DNA of 63,740 nt, counting the filler, from Phoronis australis (Eukaryota > Animalia > Phoronida): assembly GCA_002633005.1 (NCBI GenBank). It is 7 parts of 7 records of this genome, joined end to end, with 100 filler letters (N's around TTAATTAATTAA, not from the genome) between each part and the next. Parts side by side here need not be neighbours in the genome. Positions count along the whole stretch, not along the records: positions 39,391 to 57,646 come from NMRA01001470.1; positions 57,747 to 60,198 come from NMRA01000173.1; positions 60,299 to 63,740 come from NMRA01001147.1; 4 more parts are not named here. One strand, given 5' to 3'. The notes beneath the pieces were generated by a model that saw only the letters and a program-made list of their open reading frames with translations, ran no database searches and was not told where the DNA came from. Made by a program: the position numbers and the translations under genes. Shown here piece after piece: positions 51,927 through 63,740 of this stretch; positions within the stretch are counted from its first letter, which is position 1; every line of letters starts with the position of its first letter.

Positions 51927-54683
51927 CTCTGACTCGTGAAATCTAGTCTTACTGAAAGTTCGCCGTCTTCTATAATGTCAGTCCCCGTTGTCTACGAAAA
52001 CATTGATTGATTGACAAGCGCTACATAGCGAATTGCAAATTTGGTTCCGTTGTTTCCGAGGGGAATCAATTACGTAAAATTAATTACGTGTTTGTTTGTT
52101 TTCTTAGCTACAAAGTCAACGTAACGTTAATTTGGGAATCCCAAATTGGCATAATGTTCTCGTGAATACCTGATGTGCTGATTGATGCTATTACTGTCAA
52201 TCAAAAGCCAGATAATTGACAAACACGGGACACTGTTGCAGTTAAAGGGGAGAAATCAATCCAACTGAAAAGGAAACTCAATATCTATGAAGACATTCTA
52301 AGTCATTTTTTCAAAACCAAAGTTATGGTAAAAATGTCCATACCAGTTAACGACCTCGATTAATGGTAATAAGGGGATTTATTAAATAACTGGTCATACA
52401 AATACATGGTATAATTATATGTAGTATCAAATTGATATTTATGCTTATAGTGGAACTTCACACTTTTCCAAGACATAAAGTATTCATCACCCTATTGTGA
52501 AAAGGGGGTTAAAGAATATCTTAGCAACAGAACAGTATCTCTGGACTATCAATTTTAATGGCAGTTAAACTATCTTGCTTATAACTCTAAAAACTCTTAA
52601 CCTATCAGTTATTTAAACAGGTTCATTACGTCAAGACCCGTAATTTACGTGCGTAACCTTTACGTATTTGTCCAACGATAATTGGCAGGTCTTTTTAAAT
52701 TTGAAACCAAGAGAAAAATGCTTTGTCATCAACAGAAATTCAAGGTTTTACGAAAAACCGTAAAAATATCTGGTGAACAAGTTAAATTCAGTTTCATGTG
52801 TAGAGAATCACTTTTGAATAACTCAATTTAGTATGTTTTTCGCGTTACGGGCCTCTTTAAGACATTATGAGAGATGATAATTGTGATACACCGTATCTAA
52901 TTAATTTCTTGGTACTTTCATTATGCCCAAATTGTTATGGTCGAAAGCGACGAAAACTCTCTCTTGTCAAGCAAATAAAGCTGCGTCACACGATTTGAAA
53001 ATACAGATCAGACGTCGCAACATGACACCGGCACTTGCCTTTTACTTATTTGATAAGGTGCATTCTGCATAATATAATGGCGCCGAAACTTGGGTTTTCA
53101 AAGACATGAGAGTTCAGAAAAAATGTTGTTATATTTGTAATATTACTTTAGGTCCTGGTAGTTCTCGCTCTAAACCTGTAGTTTTGGGTGAATATGGCAG
53201 ATATCAACTGAATACGAAATACTTTGTTAGTTGTATCAAATACGTGTTTAAAATTATAAATATGCCGCAGGAATGTACAAGGGCCGCTTATCACAGTTGC
53301 TTTATACCCTATTTGTAGGGGCAACTGGTCACGTTGGGTTTAGCGGATAGCTAAAGAGAAGGAAAGGTAAGGTTAAAATCCATGCGTTTGGTAAATCGCT
53401 CAGATCGATATATACACTGGGTTAGAATAAGTATCTCTATGTTATACCATTAAGCATCACGCAGCAGCTAAATGTAACAAATATCATTTATATAGTAAAC
53501 TTTGCCCGAGTTATTATCAATGATTATAGGTTTTTAAAAGGCAAATAAATTATTGGATTTTTCGAAATGGTCTTTAATGTTACCACGAGGAACAAAAATG
53601 CATGTTGCCGGTTTGCAAAATTTTGTGCCGTTTTATCGAATGACCTAAGTTGTTAAAAGTAAATAAAATTTGAAAATAATTCTAATTCTGTTCTAAATGC
53701 GTACACTCAGAGTTTAACTTGAAACAGTCCTGCAGTTGTGTTCTTAATCAGGCGCAAATGTTACAGCATTTCGTCCATCTGTCTCACAAAAGCGATGATT
53801 AGAAGAACTCTTTTCGATACCCTTCCGCACGGTCTACCAAAAACTAGCTTTTATCCCTCGGAAATATCGCTCGGTTTTATAAAGCAGCAATATCAAATAA
53901 TGCTCCAACTTCGTTTTCCTGATGCCCGTCTCGGGACCACATTTTACTTGAAGGTCACAAGATTTTTAGTACTTCTATAACGTTAAGCGGATGATTCCAC
54001 CAAGAAAACTTGAAATCTATGGTGTATTGAAAGATTGTATATGTAATATGTTATAAGTTTGGAAATGTACGGTCCTAAATTATTTTAGTTTCTTTCTCTC
54101 CGTCCTCTGAGATGAATAGATAATTACATGAAACTAAGTTATTCTACCTAATTAAATGCGTTTATCAGTTTTACGAGTAAATGAACGCAATTAACAAATG
54201 CCACATGTTTTGAGTTGGTCGCGAGATTAGAAGTAGAAACTAAAGGATAGCAACCCCGCACCTTGTGTCAAAAATCAGCTGTTAACTGGGCCCACATACT
54301 GTTATGATTTCAATATCATCTTGTTCCTGGGTCAGATCAGATCTGATAAGAACCGAGAGGTCGTCATTGTCTCTGACGGGTCCATCAAGGTGTTTGTCAC
54401 AGCGAGTCAGCTGCAGTCGACGAGACCTCATATGGTCACCTGATGAAATTCCATGTGACTTTTTGACCAGTTTCAATTTAACAACGCAGAATAACGTCAT
54501 GGTGTTACCTTGGAAAATTAAATTGACGCCTCTAAAGTATGACGCTGTTTTTACTGCAGGTCGAGGTTTATATCAACGCTAATTTCTATTGGGGTTTCGT
54601 GGATGTGTTTACGTTATATCCTGTTTAGTTTGGAATGGATATATTTGTTAACATCAAGCAGTCGTTTATTATTGTATACTTAC

Positions 54684-54978
54684 CAATTAATGCGTCAGCT
54701 GATCCTTCCTTCCATATATCCACAATGTGCTTAAGCCCTTCACTCGCATCACAACGAGTGTCCCTCCAAACAAAAGAGATCGTGTGATTGTCCCTACGCA
54801 GCATAGTGAGTGTCTTATCTACGTCTATTTCGTCTATTGCAATCTGAGCAGCACTCGCGGACTTCCGACCAATGGGCCAAGGGCCAGATATTGGAATCAA
54901 CAAACCGACCTTAAATTCTTTTGCCAAAATCTGTTCCATAAAAAGCAAACAAAAAGCGCACAAACCCCGTAACAACAT
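54684..54978 (-). CDS. Second, paralogous first exon (signal peptide plus ANF-receptor N-terminus)
   Basis: MLLRGLCAFCLLFMEQILAKEFKVGLLIPISGPWPIGRKSASAA..DTRCD..ADALIG|GTAAG. Same phase-1 donor as the 51635 exon. 59/80 identical residues in the mature part. Confidence 0.88.
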
Positions 54979-55400
54979 TTCTTTAGACGTTTTGGTTTAT
55001 CGGCACATCAGATTCAGTAAAAATTGGCAGTCGTGGTAGATATATTGCGACTTCGATCATCCCAAAGAAAGCATTTACAGTAGCCTTGTGCCAATGCGCC
55101 GTTCGTTTTTAATATTCTGCATGTTTCCAACCATCAGATTTCGAGGGGTTCACTAATGATAACCCACGAGGGACTGTATGACGTGAAAATTAATGTCCGT
55201 TGTCAACCCTAATTGATGGAGCGTGGTATATTTAATAATGCTATTTCTCATTCGTCAGGGGCGCAAGGGACTCGCATAATGTGTCATTACATAGTATTTT
55301 TTAGATGTGATTGTAAGTACCGGTACTTCCCTGGTATATTTCGTTCCAAGATTCAACAACTGTGAATGTGTGCTTTTGAAATTTCCTGGGAATAAAATTC

Positions 55401-55686
55401 TAGGCGGATTTAGGGGAANTCAAGCAAAATGAAACAGCAACAGCGTGAAGTGTGAGGAAATATTATTGAGTTCCGGAACTAGGACCAGTAGCGACCCCAG
55501 ATCGCGGCGGTATCGTGTTCCGGTTCTTTTTTAGTTCGCCGATAAATTTTCTGAGCAGCAGGTCCACATCCCCAGCTCCCGCAGACTTTCGGGCCGCCTG
55601 TATACATACAATACATACAATTGCGCTTTGCCCAATTCTTCGATGAAACATGTTGCCCCCCTTATGGTATCCTAGATCCGCTACTG
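55401..55686. mobile_element. hAT-like MITE family copy
   Basis: TAGGCGGATTTAGGGG ... TGTTGCCCCCC..ATCCTAGATCCGCTACTG, with an internal single N. Confidence 0.6.
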
Positions 55687-58600
55687 GTTCTTAATAAGTT
55701 TTAGCGTGACTTTTGTCTTCCTAGCTTTGACGTGGCACCAAACTGAAACGATGGTTCAGATAAATCGCGGAAATACATGGAAAGGTTATTTGCAAAAGTC
55801 CACACAGTATATCCTAGCTCATAGTCATATCAATATGTTACATTTGCCAGTGTGTGGTCTTGTTGTTGAGTCAGTTAGTCACGAGCTTTGAGGACCCACA
55901 AGTTCAGTGATGGCGAAGTAGGAAATAAGGAGAACCTGTTGTTATCTCATTTTTGCTAATAAAATATTTTTAAAGATCTTAATTGCGCTATCCCTTATTT
56001 TAGGGATGGGTCGTCGACCAGTGAGGCAGACCTGTCCAAACCTAGAGGAGGACAATGGAAGCAGAACTTCGTGAAGCCGGAGGCATCTGCAGCTGATAAG
56101 ACAAATGGCGAACAACAGGATTCGGTGGCGCACAGTCACAGATGCCCTATTAACCTCGGGGTGGTAAGGTTTTTAGTCAAGTAAGTCAAGTCATTTAAAT
56201 TCGACACATACTGCATGGTGATTTTTCCGTCCCAGCTTCAAACATTTTTTTAAGTTTAAGCTTCTGGGTTTTTTACCTCAAGTTGTGTTCAAGTACTATG
56301 ACAAACTATGGATGTAGAAGTTTTAGGTTTCCAGTAGACCTGTCTGATTTTTACTTGTTTGTACAGGCAAGGCTCTTTTCTAGTGTCACGCCCCTGACTC
56401 TAGCATTTCTTTTGGCTTTTACATACACTTCCGATCTGTATCACTGTGAAAACTAGTTGTACGGTTTATCCTAAATGATAAAGTATATACTTTCTCATGT
56501 AGAAGAACTACAGAAAATATGTTGTTGTATTTTGTTGAAATTTGCGGACAGTCCTCAATGAGATACATTTAGTTTACATGTGAATCAGGTAGCACTGAAC
56601 AGTTAGGCTGCAGAATTTATGTCAGTACAGGGCGCATGTCAGATTTGGCTGTTTGGTCGGAGGAATTGAAAACAAATCCAGGAAATTGATTTACTTGTGT
56701 TTTTGAATGAGAAAAGCCAAGTTTGATTTAGCCGTGACCTATACTTTTGATGCAAAATGGGGGCTGTAATTTGTTTTCAACCCCTATCGCTTGCTGTCCG
56801 AGAAACCGGGTGCGGGATTTCAGGTCGGTGGCTGTCAGACAGATCAAAATTGCCAAAGTGACTTCGGAAGACGCATAGGCTATGACCACAATTTTAGAAC
56901 TTAGTGAGTACGAGCATTCTGAAGCTCTAGTCGGATTTTTCATAGCACTTGCGGGGAAGTGGCAATTTTGGGGAGAAAACTGTCAGATTTGGTGTTTTTT
57001 GGTAATATTTTTGTGTCCCGTGATTTTTTTCCGACGACGTAGCGCAGCCCGGCCTAACTTAAGTTTCACTTATCATGAGTAGTGCTTGTGATTTGGGAAT
57101 GCTACAAAACCCTTTGTTTTTTTCAGGCACTCGATTAGTCCGTGAGGAAAGGGCCCATCTCTACCTCGGTGTGTGTCGGCAGCCAAAAGCCTGTAATGAC
57201 TGTACCGAGTGTGACCGGGCCCTCATATTTACTCAGGCCAGCATCATAGATGAGAGTACCATAAGTTGACAATTGGAGGCGTTGTCACAATGAAGTTCTT
57301 CTTGAAAGGAGACGCGAAATGTGTTACCTTTTGTTGACTGGAGTTTATTGAGAGACGATGTCTTGGCTAGGTGAGGGAGGTGTACAAGTTTTAATGACTT
57401 TTGAAATCAACTAATCATTAATGTTAAAAGCTTTGCCGGTACTGGTGACAAATGCGCCTCCCAAGGTACTTCCTTTTTTCCCACCAATTAACACCTTTTT
57501 CTGTAAATATATACTGGGGAACCCAATGTTCGTCCGCCTAAGCATAAAACCGACTTGCTGTTGTACTCCCCGAATTATTCCACTTCAAAGTTATGATCTG
57601 AATAGGATTCGATTTAACTCTCACAGATATACCGCATTCATCGATTNNNNNNNNNNNNNNNNNNNNNNNNNNNNNNNNNNNNNNNNNNNNTTAATTAATT
57701 AANNNNNNNNNNNNNNNNNNNNNNNNNNNNNNNNNNNNNNNNNNNNACTGTAGCAGAGCCACAAAGTGTGCTAAAATGGTAGGAAATTAGGCATAACATT
57801 TCTGTAGCAGATAAAAGGTTGACTGGCGCAGGAAAAGGCCGAGGTCTTCAATGCTCAGAAAGATTTCGGCAGGCAAGAGACTTGCCAAGAAAATGACACA
57901 GTTGAGAACGGGCATTCTAAAGGAAAGAACTGCAGCCAATTCCAGTTACTCGGTGCAACTTCTCTCACCCAACGGCGTTGTTTCACGATACCGCAACCTC
58001 AAACAACGTCAAAAAAACGAAACGCGGAGGGTGAGATATTTCAGAGTATTAATATTAAATTTTATTCTTGGATACAGGTGTCCAACTCAAAATGAATAAC
58101 CCACGGTCATTCTTTATGCCGATAGCAATGTTTTCGCCAGCTGAAGAAGAACAGGAATCATAGATATCCCGCGCGCTCCGTCTATGGTTCTGACACTTCA
58201 AACGTTCAACACGATAGGTAGCCGCAGAAAGTTCGATGTTGACCTCATGCTAATCTCTGCAATCCACAGTCTGGGGACGAAAACAATTCAAATCCGCTCC
58301 TCGAAATAGGGCTTGCTTAGCTGGAATTCAGAACTGCGGTCATGAGAGTGTTTTCACCTCCCGATTGCGAAGCGATCGAGTTAGCTGTGGTATCTTCATC
58401 AGCGCGTGCTCTCAGCGGGAGGTCACCGCTTTATGCACTCAAGCGGTCGACAACAACTAAAGTGACGAGAGTCTCAGAACTCACACATGCAAATTTGATA
58501 TGCAAATGAGGGAATACTTGACTACTGCGCCATCTATACATCGACGGAAAAGCTTAAATACCCGTGACTGCGTGTGGGAAATTGCGATTGCGTGCGCTGA

Positions 58601-59790
58601 AGTCGATATTTTCAAAGTACAATTACACCACTGTTTAAGGTTGAAAAGTGAGTTTTTGATATCCTTCTATAGAAAAAGCTTTATTCTCTCTGATAAAATC
58701 ATCTGTTTCTTTTTAAACGAAACTTAAGTCCTGAAATTAGTCCGGGGAAGGAGGCCAAAAACGGCGGTTTAGCTAGTTGTCCCTTCCTGGTTATCTCTTC
58801 CTGATGTTAGTTATAAAAATATTCATTTTAGCTCCGCAGTGGACCTTTAAGTGAAAAACAATCTAAGGAATGTCATCTTCGTGCATAAATCTGCTGCTCA
58901 TGTCACAAAGAATGTCTGTTGTCATCTCGAAAACATTACGCTCATGACACGCTATTTGCTAAACATATTTAGACATCTTTTAGCAGATGAGGAAAAAGCT
59001 TATCACACATTTGCTAAAATACTAAAAGCTTATTATTATTAATAACAAAGTGAAACCAAGTCTAATTATTTGATGTGACATGTACGCAACCTTGTGGAAA
59101 AGGAACAGTCAGTTGATTGAAAAATCAGCTGATAAAGAAATTGGCCAAAAGGTGAATCTGTATTTCATAGCATTAATAGCCAACACATCTTATTGCTCCA
59201 CAAATCTAAATGCAGAATAAAGTGGAAGTATGGCAATTTTTTAGCTCTGACAACTACTTTAGTTTCCTCAAGGAAGAAGTTTTTCATAACAGTTCAGATT
59301 TTATGTGTCAATTTTTTGCCCTCATCGGTGCACCCTGTACATGTATATTTACACAGCTTTGCAATGAGGCTTTATATTGTGTTGGCATTTATTTTATTCA
59401 TGGTTTTTGTTACAATTTAATTTGTAATTTAGTTATTCTGCTCTGTATGACTGGCAAAAAATCGAAATTTGGTCCTTTTTATGTGCTCACTTACATGTAT
59501 TTATGTAGTTATGGGCTCATTATGCTGTCATGTATATAGGTCCACCTGTCATTCTACCATTTTGCCAAGAAAGGAATATGACAGATCTCAGGGCTTAAAT
59601 TTTTTTTTTGTAGTTTCCATAATCCAGGTGAATTTAGTTTCTTGATTTTGTTAAGAAAAATATTTCTCGTGAATATCTCTATATTGTGTTTGATGTGTCA
59701 CTGTGCTGCATGGTAAGATAACAGATGAACAGACAAATATAACAAATATAATGGACATAGTATAGAATGTATTTTGCATTTATCCTCCAC

Positions 59791-59959
59791 ATACGTGCAC
59801 AGGCACACTATAGATTATTATACGCGCACAGGCACACTATAGATTATTATACGCGCACAGGCACACTATAGATTATCATATGCGCACAGGCACACTATAG
59901 ATTATCATCCGCGCACAGGCACACTATAGATTATCATATGCGTACAGGCACACTATAGA
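59791..59959. repeat. 29-bp minisatellite x~5.8
   Basis: Unit ATACGCGCACAGGCACACTATAGATTATT. Confidence 0.93.
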
Positions 59960-59981
59960 GTATCTCATTTCTTCTGTTAAG

Positions 59982-60169
59982 CCCTCCATGCTGGTGAGAT
60001 AGATTGCTCTCGCCATGAGTTCAGCTCCCTTACCAAAGAGATCCGTTCAGTCTCTGACATGGCAGCCTGGGAGAAGTGTGAGGCTTATCATGATCTGGTC
60101 GGCTTCATCATGGCCATGAACGAAGCTGTGAAGAATGTGAAGTTAACGGACACGTTTGCAGTGTCCCAG
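59982..60169 (+). CDS. PTPA: Internal exon of serine/threonine-protein phosphatase 2A activator (PTPA)
   Basis: AG|..HEFSSLTKEIRSVSDMAAWEKCEAYHDLVGFIMAMNEAVKNVKLTDTFAVSQ|GT matches the PTPA/PPP2R4 N-terminal pattern (KEI..V.DM..W..S.AY.D..GFI..LNE.VK..KLT). Not in the ORF track. The other exons are not in this contig. Confidence 0.85.
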
Positions 60170-61199
60170 GTTAGTACAATTCTAGTGACTAAGTAACTNN
60201 NNNNNNNNNNNNNNNNNNNNNNNNNNNNNNNNNNNNNNNNNNTTAATTAATTAANNNNNNNNNNNNNNNNNNNNNNNNNNNNNNNNNNNNNNNNNNNNGA
60301 GAATGGTAATTAATAATGCTGTCTGCCTTTTCTCCAAAATAGAAGGTTTTTATGTCGTGTTTCGCAAGCTAATTAAATGTTCCAAGAGCCCCCTATTGGC
60401 AGCAGAGGCAACTGAGAACATGCAAAAGGACGAAGTGCAGTTCGTGTAATGTTTCGTACGCAAAAACTACATTAGAGGCAAGATTTTTTATTTTAGATTA
60501 TGAACAGGTTAGGAATGACTGAACAAATTATTATCAAGTCAATTTCAGGAAAGGTGCGTTATGGCTGCTACAGAGTTCCAAATTTGGCCGAAAGTGGCTT
60601 CGGTGATTTTGGGTATAGACTCTACCTGTTGGTTTTTATACGGAGTCACTCTTAAATTGGACACTAGGGAGCTTAGAAGTATTGGGATTCAGTTGAATGT
60701 TGCAGAATGAGCTTTGGCTTTAATGGTCACAAAAATAAAATTGTGAACTTCAACAGAGATCTTTCCAGGTATTTACGGCTAAAGATCGACTTTTTGCTTA
60801 GCTTGGTTTCCTCTACTTTTAAACAAAATATTACATTTTGTGATTAATGAACTGAACTTATTGTTCAATGATCGTCTTAAAGAAGGATTGAACTAAAAAC
60901 AGTTTTTATCCCACCCATGTCAAACTTGTGAGGCATAACAAATCTTTAGGCCGTAAAATCTAAAGAGAAACAACCACAGACAAAAAAAAACATATCTGCT
61001 ACTAGGGAGCACCACAGTAAATAAGGACATAAGAAAATCATCATACTCTAATGAGCTGAAAATTGAAATTTCAAACATTTCACAAGAAAGCAGAAAATCA
61101 TCAACCTTTCTCCGACTCCTAAATCTAATGAACATTTTAGTTTAATGTTCAAGAATGGCAAAACTATTACAACACAAAAATTTAATTCAAATAACTTAC

Positions 61200-62404
61200 C
61201 TGTAGTAGAGAAAATGATACAAGTAGTCTCTCATCACTTCATAATGAATCACGAACTTGCCCACATGTAGGATGCAACCTTCACAACCATCATAATGACT
61301 GATGTGGTCGCAGTTATGGCATTTTCCGACAAAGCCTGAAGTATGCAAAAAACAAATCACAAATAATTATTAAAATGACCTGATGGTAGTAATTAACCTG
61401 CAAAATTTACTTTAAAATTGTAAAAACCAAAGACACAAAGTGCTAGGTTATCACACATGTTATTTGTAACTTCTACAGGACAGTATAAAACTTCCACTAT
61501 GCATTTATCAGGGTTTCAATGATAGGACATGCCAGTAAGTATTAAAAAGATAAGTAGGTCACAACAAACTTAATGTCACCCTTCATCAGGAAACTATTGT
61601 CTGATCAAGAGTATTCAAATTTATCACAAGATAATTTTCTAATTAAGTCCGGGACTTTCATGATTGGTCAACTATTAAGTCCATTTCGTAAATCAATATT
61701 GCAGACAACTGAAGAGAAAAAAATCCCATGAAAAGAACTTTGCAAGATATAGAATTCTTGAGGAACACTTACACTGAGCTTGAAATTGGGAATACCGCAT
61801 AAGAAGCACAGATTTGTTAGCCATGGCCTGGTACTCATGTAACGTAGACTCGCACTTTTTACAGAAAAGTGGCTTGACCTGAAGTACGCCACTAAATGTT
61901 TTTGTAAATAAAGTTCCACGATGAATGTTGAACTTGGAATTTTGAGGTTCTTTGAAGGGAATCTTTTTCAATGAAAATGCCTGGACATTATACATGTTCG
62001 CGTTACTTTGTACAACTTCAGCTTTCACTGCCTTTGAACAAAAGCGATGACCATAACATGTGAGACACGTGGCACGATTTCCTTGCATTCTGATCACAGA
62101 GTATTTGTCCCCAGATACAACTGCAAATGAGTCCGTTATCAACCAGTCTAACAGAATGACAGACATCTGAAAGTATACACAAAGTACAAATCCAAATTCA
62201 CATCTCAAAAAATTATCATAATTATGTAAGTTCTACACTTCGACTATCTATCCATATTCCTAACATGTGGTCATTCGATAACAACAAAGTATAAATGTGT
62301 GCACACCACTATGTAAATTACCTCAGGAGGCTCAGCAAAATATGCATGGTCATCTGCAATCAAATGTGAAATTTCATAAACATGATGAAGATACTGAGTG
62401 AATA
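61200..62404 (-). CDS. Spliced Cys-cluster protein fragment, probably CxC4/KDZ-transposase- or HMGXB3-like. Exons 62404-62322, 62166-61773, 61335-61200
   Basis: Three exons join in phase by GT-AG: ..CLTCYGHRFC..FCKKCES..QC|FVGKCHNCDHISHYDGCEGCILHVGKFVIHYEVMRDYLYHF. The CxxC..YDG..IL..L..Y..F pattern resembles KDZ-associated cysteine clusters. Confidence 0.55.
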
Positions 62405-63740
62405 NCCACCGCCCATATTTTCCCTTTTAGTTCTCCAAACATTGACCCATGATTTTTAAATAGGCTGAAATATGAAATATGAGGTTTTTGAGATAATCAA
62501 CCTGTCTTGTCAAAAACAAAAATGCCCAACAGGGGGTGCCATGGTAGTCAAATGGGTCTGGAAATTGATTGCTGCAGGTGCATACCAGCCGTCTATCTCT
62601 ACGTTACGCGGTTTCAAGATAATTCACAGACAAGCAATGACTTGAGCTATTGAAAACTAACAGGGGGTGCCACAGTAGTTGAATCAGTTCAAAAATTGAC
62701 TGGTGCCAGCACGCTCTTGCCATATACCTCTTTTTCATGACTTGAGCAACAGCTAGTGTACATATTGAACTCTGTACACTACCATCATGGGCTTGTTTGG
62801 TTGTTTTTGGATGTTTTTGGGTTTCTTCCAAGTGAATTTTTGGTGAGTTTTGATTTCTTTTGAGAGGGCATTAAGGTTTTATGTTCGGCTGAAAATACTC
62901 GCCTGTCAACATTTACAGAACAAAAAACATCACCCATTTTTAATACTTTACTTCTTTGAAGAAGGACAACCCTTAATTTAAATTTTCTTCAACAGACAAC
63001 CACACACCAATTTTCATTTCAACTGCCGTTCCCCTCCTATGCGGATTTTGCTGGAACAGCCCTTAAATACTTTTAAGAATGTATAATTTCTTGTGGACAG
63101 CATTGACTAACATTGGAAGTACAGTCACAAAAAATAAGAATTACCTACCGATACAAATTTTGTCACCAAAATAACTGCCACCACTACACATATGAAGCAA
63201 TTTTTTCCAGCCTCAACATGCAGACAACCCATAAAAAGCTTTTCTCCATTTACAGGGAAATAACACAAAGGCACATAACAAAGTATGCATGCACAATGCA
63301 ACCGCTGCAATACCAATAAGGAATGGCGGTCAAAATAAGCTATAAATTTATTGCAAAAGTCTGATGTCTTCTAGCTGCTAATTGACTTTTGATTACATTA
63401 ATAAAACTACTATGATGTTAAAAAGTCATATGAAAATTATACCAAAAATATAATTACCATGAGTTGTACAGCTGCTGACTCTGTTGAAGAAATCTGCTTG
63501 GTGAGGGGAGCAACTACAAAGACCATGGCGTCGGACAATGCAAACAGACATTTTCTGGAATTCCAACAAATGTGTGAGACAATGTGAATCTTGGCATCTA
63601 TACATACCCCCAAGGGGCTTATGGGAATGGTCTTATCAAGCAAGTGACTTTCATTCAAACAGGGTTCAATCGTTTTGCAATGTGGTCTAAAGATAGAGAA
63701 ATATTTCACTTTGTCATATTTTAACGATAATCCTTTAAAG

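Noticed and set aside
44829-57646. Inverted repeat pair bracketing the receptor gene as a giant composite transposon
   Set aside because: The copies are diverged, one is cut by a gap and there is no TSD. Two independent insertions of a common repeat are simpler.
7960-60298. Recurrent TTAATTAATTAA palindrome inside N runs
   Set aside because: Synthetic six-frame-stop scaffolding linker, not biological. It also means the actin, receptor and PTPA genes cannot be treated as a linked system.

Overview
Eukaryotic DNA, probably a marine invertebrate, from a draft assembly. Six artificial 100-bp spacers (N44-TTAATTAATTAA-N44) split the window into seven pieces, and there are several single-N joins, so adjacency across these is unreliable. 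Main content: (1) A 5'-truncated but uninterrupted I-group LINE (APE-RT-RNase H; 2990-6421; 10-bp TSD) is nested in a decayed CR1-like LINE on the opposite strand. (2) A tandem array of divergent actin genes has a 3' remnant at about 8.8 kb, a complete 6-coding-exon, 377-aa copy A (16085-21337) and a copy B (26247-30101, last exon not assembled). Both carry CArG boxes, a remodelled D-loop and a 60-bp duplicated splice acceptor that could add a 20-aa Cys-rich insert. A and B share an abrupt near-identical tract. (3) Decayed Gypsy and Sola-like transposon coding remnants, plus many MITEs. (4) A minus-strand natriuretic-peptide-receptor / receptor guanylyl cyclase-type gene has two paralogous signal-peptide first exons upstream of one set of downstream exons. 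(5) One PTPA (PPP2R4) exon. (6) A spliced Cys-cluster (CxC/KDZ-like) gene fragment. All alignments and identities were done by hand, with reference sequences recalled from memory.
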